Source of the DNA: Podarcis tiliguerta
Lineage: Eukaryota
Assembly: GCA_965153285.1 (NCBI GenBank)
Contig: OZ229110.1
Reading direction: 5' to 3' (one strand)
DNA: 64,000 bases
Position numbers and translations under genes: made by a program. The notes beneath the pieces were generated by a model that worked only from the letters and a program-made list of their open reading frames with translations, made no database searches and was not told where the DNA came from. The first letter of the stretch is position 1, and every line of letters starts with the position of its first letter. Below, in pieces: positions 24,242 to 35,776 of this stretch.

Positions 24242-24600
24242 GGGACGTGGGTGGCGCTGTGGGTAAAAGCCTCAGCGCCTAGGGCTTGCCGATCGAAAGG
24301 TCGGCGGTTCGAATCCCCGCGGCGGGGTGCGCTCCCATTGTTCGGTCCCAGCGCCTGCCAACCTAGCAGTTCGAAAGCACTCCCGGGTGCAAGTAGATAA
24401 ATAGGGACCGCTTACTAGCGGGAAGGTAAACGGCGTTCCGTGTGCGGCTCTGGCTCGCCAGAGCAGCGATGTCACGCTGGCCACGTGACCCGGAAGTGTC
24501 TCCAGACAGCGCTGGCCCCCGGCCTCTTTGAGTGAGATGGGCGCACAACCCTAGAGTCTGTCAAGACTGGCCCGTACGGGCAGGGGTACCTTTACCTTTA
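24242..24600 (+). mobile_element. Sauria SINE (subfamily A) inserted at the MITE right end
   Basis: TSD taccactgtatat at 24227-24239 and 24599-24611. Confidence 0.95.
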
Positions 24601-25059
24601 CCACTGTATATGTGTGTAAAATAAAGCATATACCATTAAAGTACTAACCTCCATTGTGCCTACTTTCTCCAAAGGAACACAGACCCTGGGTAAGCGCTTG
24701 GAATTCCCCTGGACTCTTGCTACTGCTTGGAATAGAGTAGGGCAGAGAGAGGGTGTGGGTGTGTGCTGTTGTGTCCCCCCCCCTCCACAAATGTTATTGA
24801 AAAGCATTGAAATTACCCTGTAATGTCCTCTTTATGGGGTCATTTCCTAAAAAAACATAATCAACAACTTTGCCGGCCCACCCCCAAAAATTTCCTGGCT
24901 ACGCCCATGGGGCTTGCCCCCAACCTTTCTAACAACATGTTTAGGTTAAGGGCTGTAAACCTCCAACACTTGCTCACCTAATGATTTACTAAAAGAAAAA
25001 GGGGAATTTTGCCGTTCAAGCCTGGCTGTAACGTAGAAGGTCCCTTCATTTCATAATCG

Positions 25060-26030
25060 ACACACTGACTGGCTCTGGCTGCTCGACGACAGAAATGCAC
25101 CCGGCACATGCTCAGAGGCACTCTTTTTATTACTTCCCACGCTCTGGGTCTGAAACCTGGCATGCAAATCCCAGAGCGGAGCGTGCCACAGTCTAAGCGC
25201 TGCTGCGCGAGAACCGGCAAAAGCGCTTCTAACTCACGCAGCAGCTAGGCAGCAGTCGCACACGTGCGCTCAGCCTTGCCCTCACTACAAACCGCCTCAG
25301 TGCCAGCTCATAGCTGTCAGACGCTGTGCCTGAAATTTAGCCACCCCACTACCCGTCCGCTCATATGACGGCAGGGCTGGCTCTTGCAGTTTGTCGCCTG
25401 CGGACCGACTTCATGCTGCTAAAAGGACGGAGGGAATGCCTCATCACGGCTGCGAAAGGTGATTGTTTTGTTCAGGCATCTCGGGGGACAGACCCAGGCG
25501 GGAGGGACTTCCCGGGGAAGGAAGGAAGCATCAGACAGCAGCAGCAGCAGCCGGGCAGCAACGTGGGTTGGAAGAGGCAGTGTGTGTGTTGGTGTGTTTG
25601 CGCCTAGTTGGTGGCTTGCACTCTTAACCCCGGGCGCTCTTCGCATGCACTTAAATCCAGCCCAAGGTGTTGTGCAACATGAAAGTAGTGGCTTTAATCA
25701 GGTAAAAAAGAACAATGTGTGTGTGTAAGGGCTGCCCCCACAATGGACTAGTATTTCCACTGCAAGGTTTCTACATAAGGGAGAAGTGCTGGAGCCCCCT
25801 ATAGCGCGGGGGTGGCTGGCGGAGTGAAGTGAGGGGGCAAGCAAAGATAAGCCTCCTCGGATCAGTTTTCCCTCCCGCCACCACCTTTCTGTTTGTAATC
25901 AGCAATTTCCTTTCTACCCCCTCTCAGTCCGTCTGACCTCACGCTTCCTGCTTTGCTTTGCTCTCTCCGGAGTCGACTGGCTGATTTAAAACCGTGCAGC
26001 ATTTGCGGGTCATCTCTGCAGCATATGCGC
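25060..26030 (+). promoter_or_regulatory. DPH6: CpG-rich DPH6 promoter / exon 1 region, possibly bidirectional
   Basis: Non-repeat CpG enrichment around the ATG. E-box CACGTG at 25261, ACTACA motif at 25284, ETS-like gacttcccggggaag at ~25506, short (CAG)5 at ~25537. Confidence 0.75.
25679..25701 (+). CDS. DPH6: DPH6 coding exon 1 (MKVVALIS, phase-2 donor)
   Basis: aacATG AAA GTA GTG GCT TTA ATC AG|gtaaaa. 23 coding nt that join exon 2 to give the PP-loop motif ALISGGKDS. Lies inside the CpG-rich region. Confidence 0.93.
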
Positions 26031-26296
26031 CTTGGGGTTTTGTTTTTTGCTTCCCCTTTCAGCCCTGTGCATAGTGGGAAGAAGGACAGCTTTTTCTATG
26101 CCTGTGTGATTTAATATAGAAGGTGCTGAGATTTTCTTACCGCCATCTGTTTGATCTTGCACCTAAGAACAATAAGAAGAGCATGCAGGATCAGGTCATG
26201 TGGCCCCTCCAGTCTGGCTCACAGTGGCCACCCAGATGTCCACCTCACCCCTTGCTCCTCTGTGGGTAGGGTTGGGAAGTCGTGGGCTAAGTTTAT

Positions 26297-26473
26297 GCTG
26301 TGTCCTACACCATACCTTTCAAGCACACTTGAAACACATTCTTTCCCTCAAAAAATCCTGGCCACTGTAGTTTACCACTCAGAGTTACTGTTCCAAACAA
26401 CCCTTAAAAAGTTACAGTGTCCAGAATACTTTGAAGGAAATAATGTGTTTTAAGGGTATAGTGTGAACACAAC
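26297..26473. mobile_element. Palindromic Harbinger-like MITE in DPH6 intron 1
   Basis: Inverted ends gctgtgtcctacaccatacc and ggtatagtgtgaacacaac. Confidence 0.6.
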
Positions 26474-27375
26474 GTGGCAACATTTACAAAAGGAAGGAGA
26501 TGGAGCTGGCCTTGGAAACACTTGTTTTTGCAGGGATTTGTTCTCAAACTTGAAGAAACTGAGCTATTTCTAAATGTATTGGGTGTTTTGTGAACCTTGA
26601 AAACCTCAGGAAATGGGCTTGCTCAGCTCACAAGTTTGTAGTGCTTCGCCCTCCTGCCAAGTTACCACAGACCTGGGGACCACTTATCACAAACAGACAC
26701 ACACACATGTACATTTTCTCCCCGACTCATGTCCACCATACTGTCTGTACACCTTAACTTGAGGTAAATGGGCCTGCGGGTGACCGCCATTTCATTCATC
26801 TGTTAGTGAAGGTGGCTATCAACACTTTGCAGAATTTTGCACTTTGGCTGATTAGTGGTTTATCATCAATAAAGTGCACAAAAGTTCCTGCTTTAGCTAT
26901 TGTCCTGCATTCTCATAGGATGCATATATGTCTGCTTCCTTCAGTTTGAGAAGTAAGCTAAAATGTTGGAAGTTTTGCATGCATGTGTAAACACATTCAA
27001 AGGCCAAGGGGAGCAGTTGCCCATAGGCAGCTTTACTCAGGCATTTGAAGGCCAGGAGTCCATGGAGGGCCTTGTTATGTGGTTGGATTTGCTTGAAGGG
27101 GTTTCATGCACAACCACCTGCGTTTCATATTCGGTAGTGATTTTCTTCTGCAACTTGACTCCTCCCTCTTGCGGAATTTCTCTGGGTGGGGGGGTACATT
27201 GATGCCATGTTTCATACAAATTAACAAACCCTTGAAATGGGACATAAGGACAGATTGTCACCTTCGATAAATAGTGGTGATTTAGGGCTTTTGTGGGAAA
27301 GTGGGTTTGTGTTCTGTATTTATTGGTAAAGTGGGTTGCTTGTGTGTAGTTGAGAAGGTTTCCAGCAGGAAAATA

Positions 27376-27601
27376 CAGTGGTACCTCGGGTTACATATGC
27401 TTCAGGTTACAGACTCCGCTAACCCAGAAATAGTACCTCGGGTTAAGAACTTTGCTTCAGGATGAGAACAGAAATCATGTTCCGGCGGTGCGGCAGCAGC
27501 AGGAGGCCCCATTAGCTAAAGTGGTGCTTCAGGTTAAGAACAGTTTCAGGTTAAGAACGGACCTCCGGAATGAATTAAGTTCTTCACCCAAGGTACCACT
27601 G
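27376..27601 (+). mobile_element. Tc1/mariner MITE, family 1 (intron 1)
   Basis: TIRs and TA TSD. Confidence 0.93.
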
Positions 27602-27864
27602 TATTGGGATGTCAAAAATTTACCCTGCTGCTTCCAACCCAAAGCCATCTCTGGCTGTGGGTGGCACAAGCAGATATACCAGAGTAGCATGCTAGTAATG
27701 CTCTGACCAGGGACTGGGTAGTCGTGGTTAATATGGTTGACTGAAGGAAGCCATCTTAGCAGCAACGTGTAGCCCAGCTCAGGTACCCAGGGAGATGGTA
27801 GAACACAATCTGTGACTTTTTTTAAAAAAATAATTCATTATTTCTACAGTATATGCACTTAGAT

Positions 27865-28041
27865 CAGGGGTAGTCAACCTTTTTATACCTACCGCCCACT
27901 AATGCATATTTCTTGATGGTAAAATTTCCTTACCTCCCACCAGTGCTCGATGGAAGCTTGTGCCATAGAACCCCCTACCGGCCCACCTAGAATCCTGAAA
28001 TGCCCACTAGTGGGCGTTAGGGACCAGGTTGACAACCCCTG
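27865..28041. mobile_element. hAT MITE
   Basis: TIRs caggggtagtcaacct / aggttgacaacccctg. 8-bp TSD acttagat / acttagac. Confidence 0.88.
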
Positions 28042-29243
28042 ACTTAGACAGTAAATCTACAATTCTGTGAACTGCTGCTTGTGTTAATAACCTGCTCTTG
28101 AATTCAGTGGGACCAATCCTATATTTACTTGCTTAGGTGTAAATCCATTCACCTCAATGGGACATACTTCTGAATAGACATATACAGGACTGTGCTTTAA
28201 GTATATTTGTATAGTTTTCTTTTTGGGGGGGTTGCACTTTAGGTATGCTTACTTTTCTTTAAAGAGCACAGTCCTATTAATGCTGTGAGAAGTAATAGTA
28301 AATGGAGCATCTTTTCTTAAAGCCAGGGAAATTACCTGTAAAGAATCAAGCATTTATGCATCACAAGTACTTTGGTATTTAGTAGCTTTCATTCCATCTA
28401 CTGTCCTTAGCAGCTAAATTGTCTCTGATGGCAGTCTTGCACCCACACAACGTTGTTTTGCATTTGAGATTCACCCTATGTGAAGTCACTGAAAACGGGG
28501 GTTTAAGTGCTTTTAAAGCTTGTTGCTTTGCTTGCAGTAAATTATCTTATGCTCAAGGTTTGTTTTTAATAACTTCACTCAAGCAGAATGGCACAAGGCT
28601 GGCTCATTTTTGTATAAAGCTCAAGTCTGCAAAATCTGAGACATTTTATTCTTCATACCAATCTTACTCTTTTTTATGCACATTTTTCACACTAGCAATT
28701 ACAGACCCAATTGGGCATTGAGTCAGAGAAATGTAAAATGCATTATTTGTGCACAGAGGCAAGCTTGTGACCCGGCTTCAGAGTATATATTTTTTTAAAG
28801 GATCCATGTAGGTTTAGCCCAGATAATTATCATTATAAGCCCAAGAGTCCCAGTGTTGAAAAAGCACTGGTTGGGATCCAAAGTTCTGTGATGCTCTTCT
28901 GTGCAATTGGAACTTTGATCTCACCATTTATTCTGTGTGGAAATCATTGGGCACAGGGAGCCTTGTGTGAAGTAAAAGAAATGAGGCCTCCCGTACATGC
29001 GTAGAACACTGCCTGGATATCAAGTGTGTATTCATCAAGTGATAGGTTGGAGTGGAAACACTTAAAATCCAAATTATATATGTGCTACTTTTAACTTTCT
29101 TAAGGATTTCTGAAAAGTGGTCTTTTTTAAAAAAACAACATCAACCCGGTAAACATTTTCTCATTTGTATATTTTCTCATTTTGAAATGACTGTTGAACT
29201 CATTACCGAGCTGTTTTTATACAACTGATTCTTTTTATTCCAG

Positions 29244-29338
29244 TGGTGGGAAAGACAGCTGTTACAATATGATGCATTGTGTTGCTGCTGGACACCAGAT
29301 CGTTGCCTTAGCCAATCTTAGACCTGCTGAAAACAAAG
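29244..29338 (+). CDS. DPH6: DPH6 coding exon 2 (SGGKDSCYNMMHCVAAGHQIVALANLRPAENK)
   Basis: Acceptor ctttttattccag|, donor G|gtgag, 95 nt. The translation matches the recalled vertebrate DPH6/ATPBD4 N-terminus. Confidence 0.97.
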
Positions 29339-30285
29339 GTGAGAATTTCACATTCCCTCAAACTCTGCCACCCTACTCACTGTGCTGGAGGATTAGTGTT
29401 GAATCTCTACCGGTAGATCTCTGAGTGATTTGCCCTAGATCGGCAATGATTTCTGACTCCCAGATGTTTAATAATAGCAGCAAATAATGATTTTACTGCT
29501 GACCTAAATTATTCTGAGCTTGGCATACCCAGGAGTTGAATTTTTTTGTGGAAGGACTATCAGCTCTTTTCAGTTCTGATACACCACATGAATTTCTGGG
29601 CTTGCAGTTCTCTAATTCTAAAGCCTTCTTCAGGCATTCTCCAAAGTTACAATGCACACAAAAAAAGGAGTGGGGATGAGGGGCCTAGCTCTGTCCCTTG
29701 TTGCCATTCTGGGTTGTCTTCCATGAGTTGGAGGCTGGGAGTATCTCTTGACTTCTTTTAAGACAGGTTTGCTGTAGTCTTATTTTATTCTATTACTGGA
29801 TAATGGGTTATTTTATGGAGTTGTCATTTGCAGCTTTTTAGGGCTTTGGCTTTTTAAAGAATTGCATGGATTAGACCTAACAACACAAAGTAGAAGCTGA
29901 TTGCTCTGTGTATGCATATAGATTTGATGTACTTTACTGTACTTTACTATTTATGTCGCAACATTTATCTACCATTTGACGGTAATAAAACATCAAAAGT
30001 GATTTATAACATCTCAAAGCTGCTATGTGAGAGATACAGATGATTGTTTACAAAGCCAGTTTTGTTTTGCGTTGTTATTACATGGTTGTTTCTGCCCCTG
30101 TGACATTATCACTTTTATTTCCTGTTGGGAGAGTGGTGGAAATATGTAAGTAGCAACCCACAAAACATGAAACTGCTGTTCCCATGGTGACTTGGGGGGC
30201 AAATCACTTGTTGGAAAGTTGCACAGAGCTGGAGAATAAAGTAATTCCCATCCATGTACAAAAGTGGTCAGGTTGATTCATCCAT

Positions 30286-30536
30286 AACTTCATCTGCACA
30301 AAACATTTAAAGCATTATTATAATGTTTTAAACAGTCATGGCTCCCCCCCCCCAAAGAATTCTGGGAACTGTAGTTTTTTTAGTGTGATGAGAATTTTAG
30401 CTCTATGAGGGAAACAGGGGTCTCCTAACAGCTCTCAGCACCCTTTACAAACTACAGTTCCCAGGATTCTTTGGGGCAAGACTTGACTGATTGAAATAGT
30501 ATAATACTGCTTTAAATGTATAGTGCAGATGGGTTC
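30286..30536. mobile_element. Palindromic Harbinger-like MITE in DPH6 intron 2
   Basis: catctgcac...catttaaagca...aaagaattctgggaactgtag mirrored by ctacagttcccaggattcttt...tgctttaaatg...gtgcagatg. Confidence 0.75.
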
Positions 30537-30629
30537 TATTTGAAACAAAACTGGGGGCAGGCTCTTCTTCCTTATTAGTACATATTGTAAATATTAGCTA
30601 ATACAGCTTTAGTTTTGTCTGTCTTCCAG

Positions 30630-30823
30630 AAGGGACTGATGAGCTGGACAGCTACATGTATCAAACAGTGGGGCACCATGCAATAGAGTTATATGCAGAA
30701 GCCATGGGCTTGCCACTTTATCGCCGCACTATTAAGGGCACCAGTGTGGAAACTGGCAAAGTATATACCAGATGCGAAGGTGATGAGGTTGAAGATCTTT
30801 ATAAACTTCTGAAACTTGTTAAG
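30630..30823 (+). CDS. DPH6: DPH6 coding exon 3 (EGTDELDSYMYQTVGHHAIELYAEAMGLPLYRRTIKG...EGDEVEDLYKLLKLVK)
   Basis: Acceptor gtcttccag|, donor AAG|gtaggt, 194 nt. In frame with exon 2 and carries the conserved DELDSYMYQTVG motif. Confidence 0.97.
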
Positions 30824-31734
30824 GTAGGTTGTGTGAGAATTCCTCTTCTGAAAGCTTAAAAAAAAAAAAAAAAGTTCAATATAGTTAGACTGTAGGCCCG
30901 AGGCCTGTAGTCACCATTCCTGTATTCCTCTATATATATTTTGCTCTACATGCCGTTTCCTATAGAGAATAAACTTAGATGAAATGGGTCTTAATTTATA
31001 GCTTATTCTGCACTTTATTGTTGCTTCCTGACTTCAGGCTAAAGACCCCATTATAGTAGTAAAACTGATTTATGCTAAGAAGTACAAAAGAGAAACATAA
31101 GAAGAATTGTATGCTCCTTGTGATTCAATGTCTTCCAGGTTTTACACTGCTGATATATTATGTTTTGTTGCTTCCAATTTCTTAGGTTTCGTATCTTTTG
31201 TTTCTGTGCTCAACTGTAGGGAACACGTCTTCTCCGGGAATAAGCCAATGAATTTTAAAAGCAAAACCAAAGAGGAAGGAATTTATTATTTATATTGTGT
31301 TCCTTACTCGGAGCCTTACATAGTACTTTTTCAATTGCAGTTTTGTTATTGGTGATATTCTGAATTATTAGTGGCATTTTCACCTAGGTTTTTCTTAAGT
31401 AGCAAGCGTAAATAGAATATATTGGCCTTGTTTGAATGTTACGATAGCCAGGGTCTATTGTTACAGGAGTGAACAACATCAAACCTTGGGCTCGTGCACT
31501 CCCTACTCCGGTGCCATGAAGAGGAGCTAGGAAGCTGTTGCTTCCATTCTAGACTCTACTAGCTGAAATGAAATGCTAATGCAGGGATGAGGAACACGTA
31601 ACCCAACTCCTACCATCCCCAACCAGCATGGCCAATGGCAATGGACAATGGGAACTGTAGTCACACAACATCTGGAAAGCCACAGTTTCCCACACCTTTG
31701 TTTTAATGCCCAAACCGTGGTTAGCCTTAAGTTA

Positions 31735-31960
31735 CAGTGGTACCTCAGGTTACATACTCTTCAGGTTACAGACTCCGCTAACCCAGAAATAGTACCTAGG
31801 GTTAAGAACTTTGCTTCAGGATGAGAACAGAAATTGTGCTCCGGCGGCGCGGCGGCAGCAGGAGGCCCCATTAGCTAAAGTGGTGCTTCAGGTTAAGAAC
31901 AGTTTCAGGTTAAGTACGGACCTCCGGAACAAATTAAGTACTTAACCCCAGGTACCACTG
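31735..31960 (+). mobile_element. Tc1/mariner MITE, family 1
   Basis: TIRs and TA TSD. Confidence 0.93.
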
Positions 31961-33875
31961 TACTCTGGTTGGTTGGGGCAAGTTAGCTTCATGTCAGTCT
32001 TTATAAAACTCTGCAAGTTTTTTTATAAAACTGGCTTTTTTTCAACTAACCAGCAAAGCTCCTAGAAAAATGGGGTTTCCTACTAACATAAGGGAGATAG
32101 CATGTCTCTGAGCACCTTCCACTCTCTGCATGGGGAAGCTATGCTGACATGTGGAACAAAAATAAAATTATTCTCTGTCTTATAATTTTGTTTTTAGCTC
32201 TACCGTGATTTGAATTAAGATAGTTGCACTGTGGTCTGGATAAAAGGCGTTTATTTTAGAAGGTGCTGTTGTGTTATGTTTGTAGTGCTGTGTTGTAAAT
32301 TTTCTGTGGTGCTGGATCTGAAGGCAGCCCTGTTTAGGGAAGCTTTTAATGAATGATGTTTTAATATATTTTTAATCTTTTGTTGGAAGCTGCCCAGAGT
32401 GGCTGGGGAAGCCCAGCCAGATGGGCAGGTAGAAATAATAAATTATTATTTAATATTATTATTATTTGTGGTGCACAGTTCTGCCTCCTGAGACTTTTGA
32501 GGCTACAGTCATTAATGCACTGGTGGTGGTACAGCAGAGGATAAATTCCAAGCAGGATGCTGCTTGTTGTTGCTCTGTAAGAGAAATTCTACTACTTTGT
32601 AGAAAATCTTTTATTGGTCAGAATAATAGCAATCCTTGTGTTTCTAAACTTGGATTTCCTTTGCAGGACAATAGCTTGTTTGAGCTCCACTCAGCTAAGA
32701 AAAATCAGTGATGGGTCTCAGCAGAATATTTTTAGTGTGCCCACAGGTTCAAGGAAATACAGTGTATTATAAGGATTTCTGCTTGCACAAAGGGACTTTC
32801 CTCTCCCTCCTATGCGTGCCCTGTGTCTTCCCTGAATCTTCTCCAGAGGATTGGGGGAATCCCTAGAAGAACAGACTTTCTAAGGGGAAGTGTGGGGAAT
32901 AGAGGAGGGAAACATTCTGTAGTGCAGGCTGGAATCCTTGCGCTGATGGAACGTTCCCTTAGCCCTAGGTTGGATTCCACAGATCCTAGTCGAACTATAA
33001 AATAATTGGTTCCAATAGGGGCCTGAAAAAGAAATTTGAATTGCTTCTTAGTGTGAAAGGGAAAAGCTTGCAGTGGTTCTGAGGAAGTGGCTTTCAAACT
33101 GCTTTTGGTAGCCCTGGACTTTATTAGGGTTCTTCAGTAAGGAGATCAGTGGTGAATAAACTTAGGAAGACAGCTTGGTCATCAGTACCAGTCTTCTTCT
33201 GCAATGTGTAGGACAGGCTTGTATGTATCCTTGCGTGAACTTTCAGGTCGCTTGGGAGCAAAGGTGAGGTCTAGTAGGCCTGTACGATGTTCCATCTGAA
33301 TCAACAGAATTTTCATGGCAGAAGATCAATGGGGAAAGGGTTCATTGAAGCAAGTTTTAAAAATTACTGTCCTTAGAGTAGGACATAAATTTCAAACTCT
33401 TCTCCAGGAGGATCAAGTTCTGTGTGACCAGTAACTCAGAAATCTTTGCAGTAATCCAATAGACTAGTGGTTCCCAAACATTTTAACTCCATGGACCACT
33501 TGAAAATTGCTGAGGATCATGGAGGAGCACCTAACAAAAATTTCTGCCCATTGTAGCAGTTGTCCTGTGCAGTGCTAGATGCAATTTTTAATTGTCTTTT
33601 TATTGCTTCTTTCATTTCTTATATTTTATATTTTATTGTATGGTAGGATCGCAACTTGTGTACATTTGACACATTCAATCACAGCGTTATGTGCCAGGTG
33701 GCCTGGTAGCTGATATCACACAGATTAAAGCCATACAAGGCAGACAGCTTAAAAGCTCTTTCTGTGGCAGACTGGGCTACAGGAGACTCTCTCATGGTCT
33801 CTGGAGGCCTTCATGAGATCTCAGAAGGTAAGATTGATAGTGCAGGAGCAGTTCCAGGGGGTTGTTTTGACTATA

Positions 33876-34137
33876 CAGTCATACCTCGGGTTACAGACGC
33901 TTCAGGTTGCGCACCTCACCGAACCCGGAAGTACCGGAACTGGTTACTTCCGGGTTTCGGCGCTTGCACATGTGCAGAAGCGCTAAATCACGCTTTGCGC
34001 ATGCACAGAAGCGCCAAATCGTGACCCGCTTGTGCACACACACTGCGCTGCAGGTTGCGAACGCTGCGGGTTGCGAATGCTGTGGTTTGCGAACGTGCTT
34101 CCTGCACGGATCATGTTCGCAACCCGAGCGCCCACTG
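33876..34137. mobile_element. Tc1/mariner MITE, family 2
   Basis: TA|cagtcatacctcgggtt...aacccgagcgcccactg|TA. Confidence 0.8.
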
Positions 34138-34539
34138 TATGTGATTTCGGCTGTACATGCCAGAATGCAATGACAGGAGCGAGCAGTGACTGGTAAAATC
34201 ACACTGAGCAAGTTGGAGGAGCAAAAACAGGATCAGCATAGGAATGTCAGGCCAAATAAGCAAAGCAACTCATCTCTGGCAGGTCTTGCCCCAATGAAGC
34301 AGTTGCTGAAACTAAAGGTCCCTGCCTCCCCACAGCTGCCCTAGTCCCTGCCTCTCCAGGGTTTCCCCAAGCAATCTGAGCCTCACCTTCATGAAGATAA
34401 CGTCCCTTTTCCCCTGCCCATACCTTTCCTGGTTCTGGGAGACCAGGTGGGAGGGGAAATTGTTGCAGCAGGAGGGGGAGACGCCTGTGCCTTTTCACCA
34501 GCCAAACTCATTTCTGCCTCTTGGCCTTCCTCCTCTCCT

Positions 34540-35720
34540 TCACGGCTCTAGCTTTGCTTGCTTTACAGCCAGGAGGAAGGGGAGGAGCCGAGGAGGAGGG
34601 AGGGAAAGAGAGCCATGGCAGCAAAGCGGGCAGCAGCCGCTTACATGGGAGGAGGGACAGACGGGAGCCATAGCCAGCCGGAAAAAGCGCCGCGTAGCCT
34701 GCAGCAGCTGCTGCAACCTCAGCTAGCAAAGGTCCGTGCGCTCTCTAAACGGAGCAATGAGGCTGCAGAGGGACGGCAGGGCACAGGAGGACTCTGAGCC
34801 ACGAGCGCAGTGAAAACCAGTAAAAAAGTTTTTAAAAAGGCTGCTGGGGACAGGAGGGCACGGGATGAGGGAGAAGGGGAAATTACGATTCTCCCAGCGT
34901 CTCAGCTGATCCGCTGAGCAGGACTTGGGTCATTAGCTGTGTAAAGCAGCAAAGAGGGAGAGAAGGAGCAAAGCGGGAGAGGAAAGGAGCTGCTTACACT
35001 GCTGTAAGTGGCTGCTGTCCGGTTGGCTCCTTTAAAGCAACAGTGCTCTTTCCCTCCCCCCTCCCCACTCAGCTCGCCGAAAAGCTCCTTTTCCACACAC
35101 CCCACAAGAGCTCCTTCTCCCCTTAAACCCCTCTCCTGCATCATTAGCAGCATCCTTCTCTACAAACCCCATGCGTGTTCCTTCTCCCCTTAGACCCCTC
35201 GCCTGCATTATTAGCCGCATCCTTCTCCACACACCCCACGCGTGTTCCTTCTCCCCTTAAACCCCTCTTCTGCATTATTAGCAGCATCCTTCTCCACACA
35301 CCCCATGCGTGCTCCTTGTCCCTTGAATGCTTTTTCTTCCCTCCCCACTTAAAACATGGTTACAAATCACGGATCCACATGGATCCTCAGGATTTTTGCA
35401 CTGGGTCACCCCATGTTCACCATCAGATCACACAGCATATCCATGGCTACAGCCTGCACCAAAAAACACCCACGCACCCACTGTTTCATGGGGCTGCAAT
35501 GGCGCAAAAATGTGGTTACAAAGCATGGATCCACATGGATCCTCAGGATTTTTGCATTGAGCTACTCCAAACTCACCGTCAGATCACATCTGTGGCCACA
35601 GCATGAACCACAAAAATCATACATCCACTGTTTCGTTTAGAATATTTTTTTCTTGTTTTCCTCCTCTAAAAACTACGTGCGTGTTATGGTCAGGTGCGTG
35701 TTATAGAGCCAAAAATACGG
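34540..35720. mobile_element. Large non-autonomous TcMar (Tc2/pogo-like) element, left end not identified
   Basis: Right terminus ...gtgcgtgttatagagccaaaaatacgg|TA. GC-rich interior with tandem arrays. Confidence 0.6.
35091..35325 (+). repeat. Minisatellite, 67-bp unit x3.5
   Basis: Units start at 35091, 35158, 35225 and 35292 (ctccacacaccccacgcgtgttccttctccccttaaacccctc...). Confidence 0.9.
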
Positions 35721-35776
35721 TAGGTTTCTGGGCGGGAGTTGATCATGGTGAGGGTTTGCCAAACGTGCCTTCCTCT

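Noticed and set aside
34247-35640. Cluster of ORFs suggesting a nested gene
   Set aside because: Explained by GC-rich transposon interior and tandem repeats. The translations are repetitive and lack domains.
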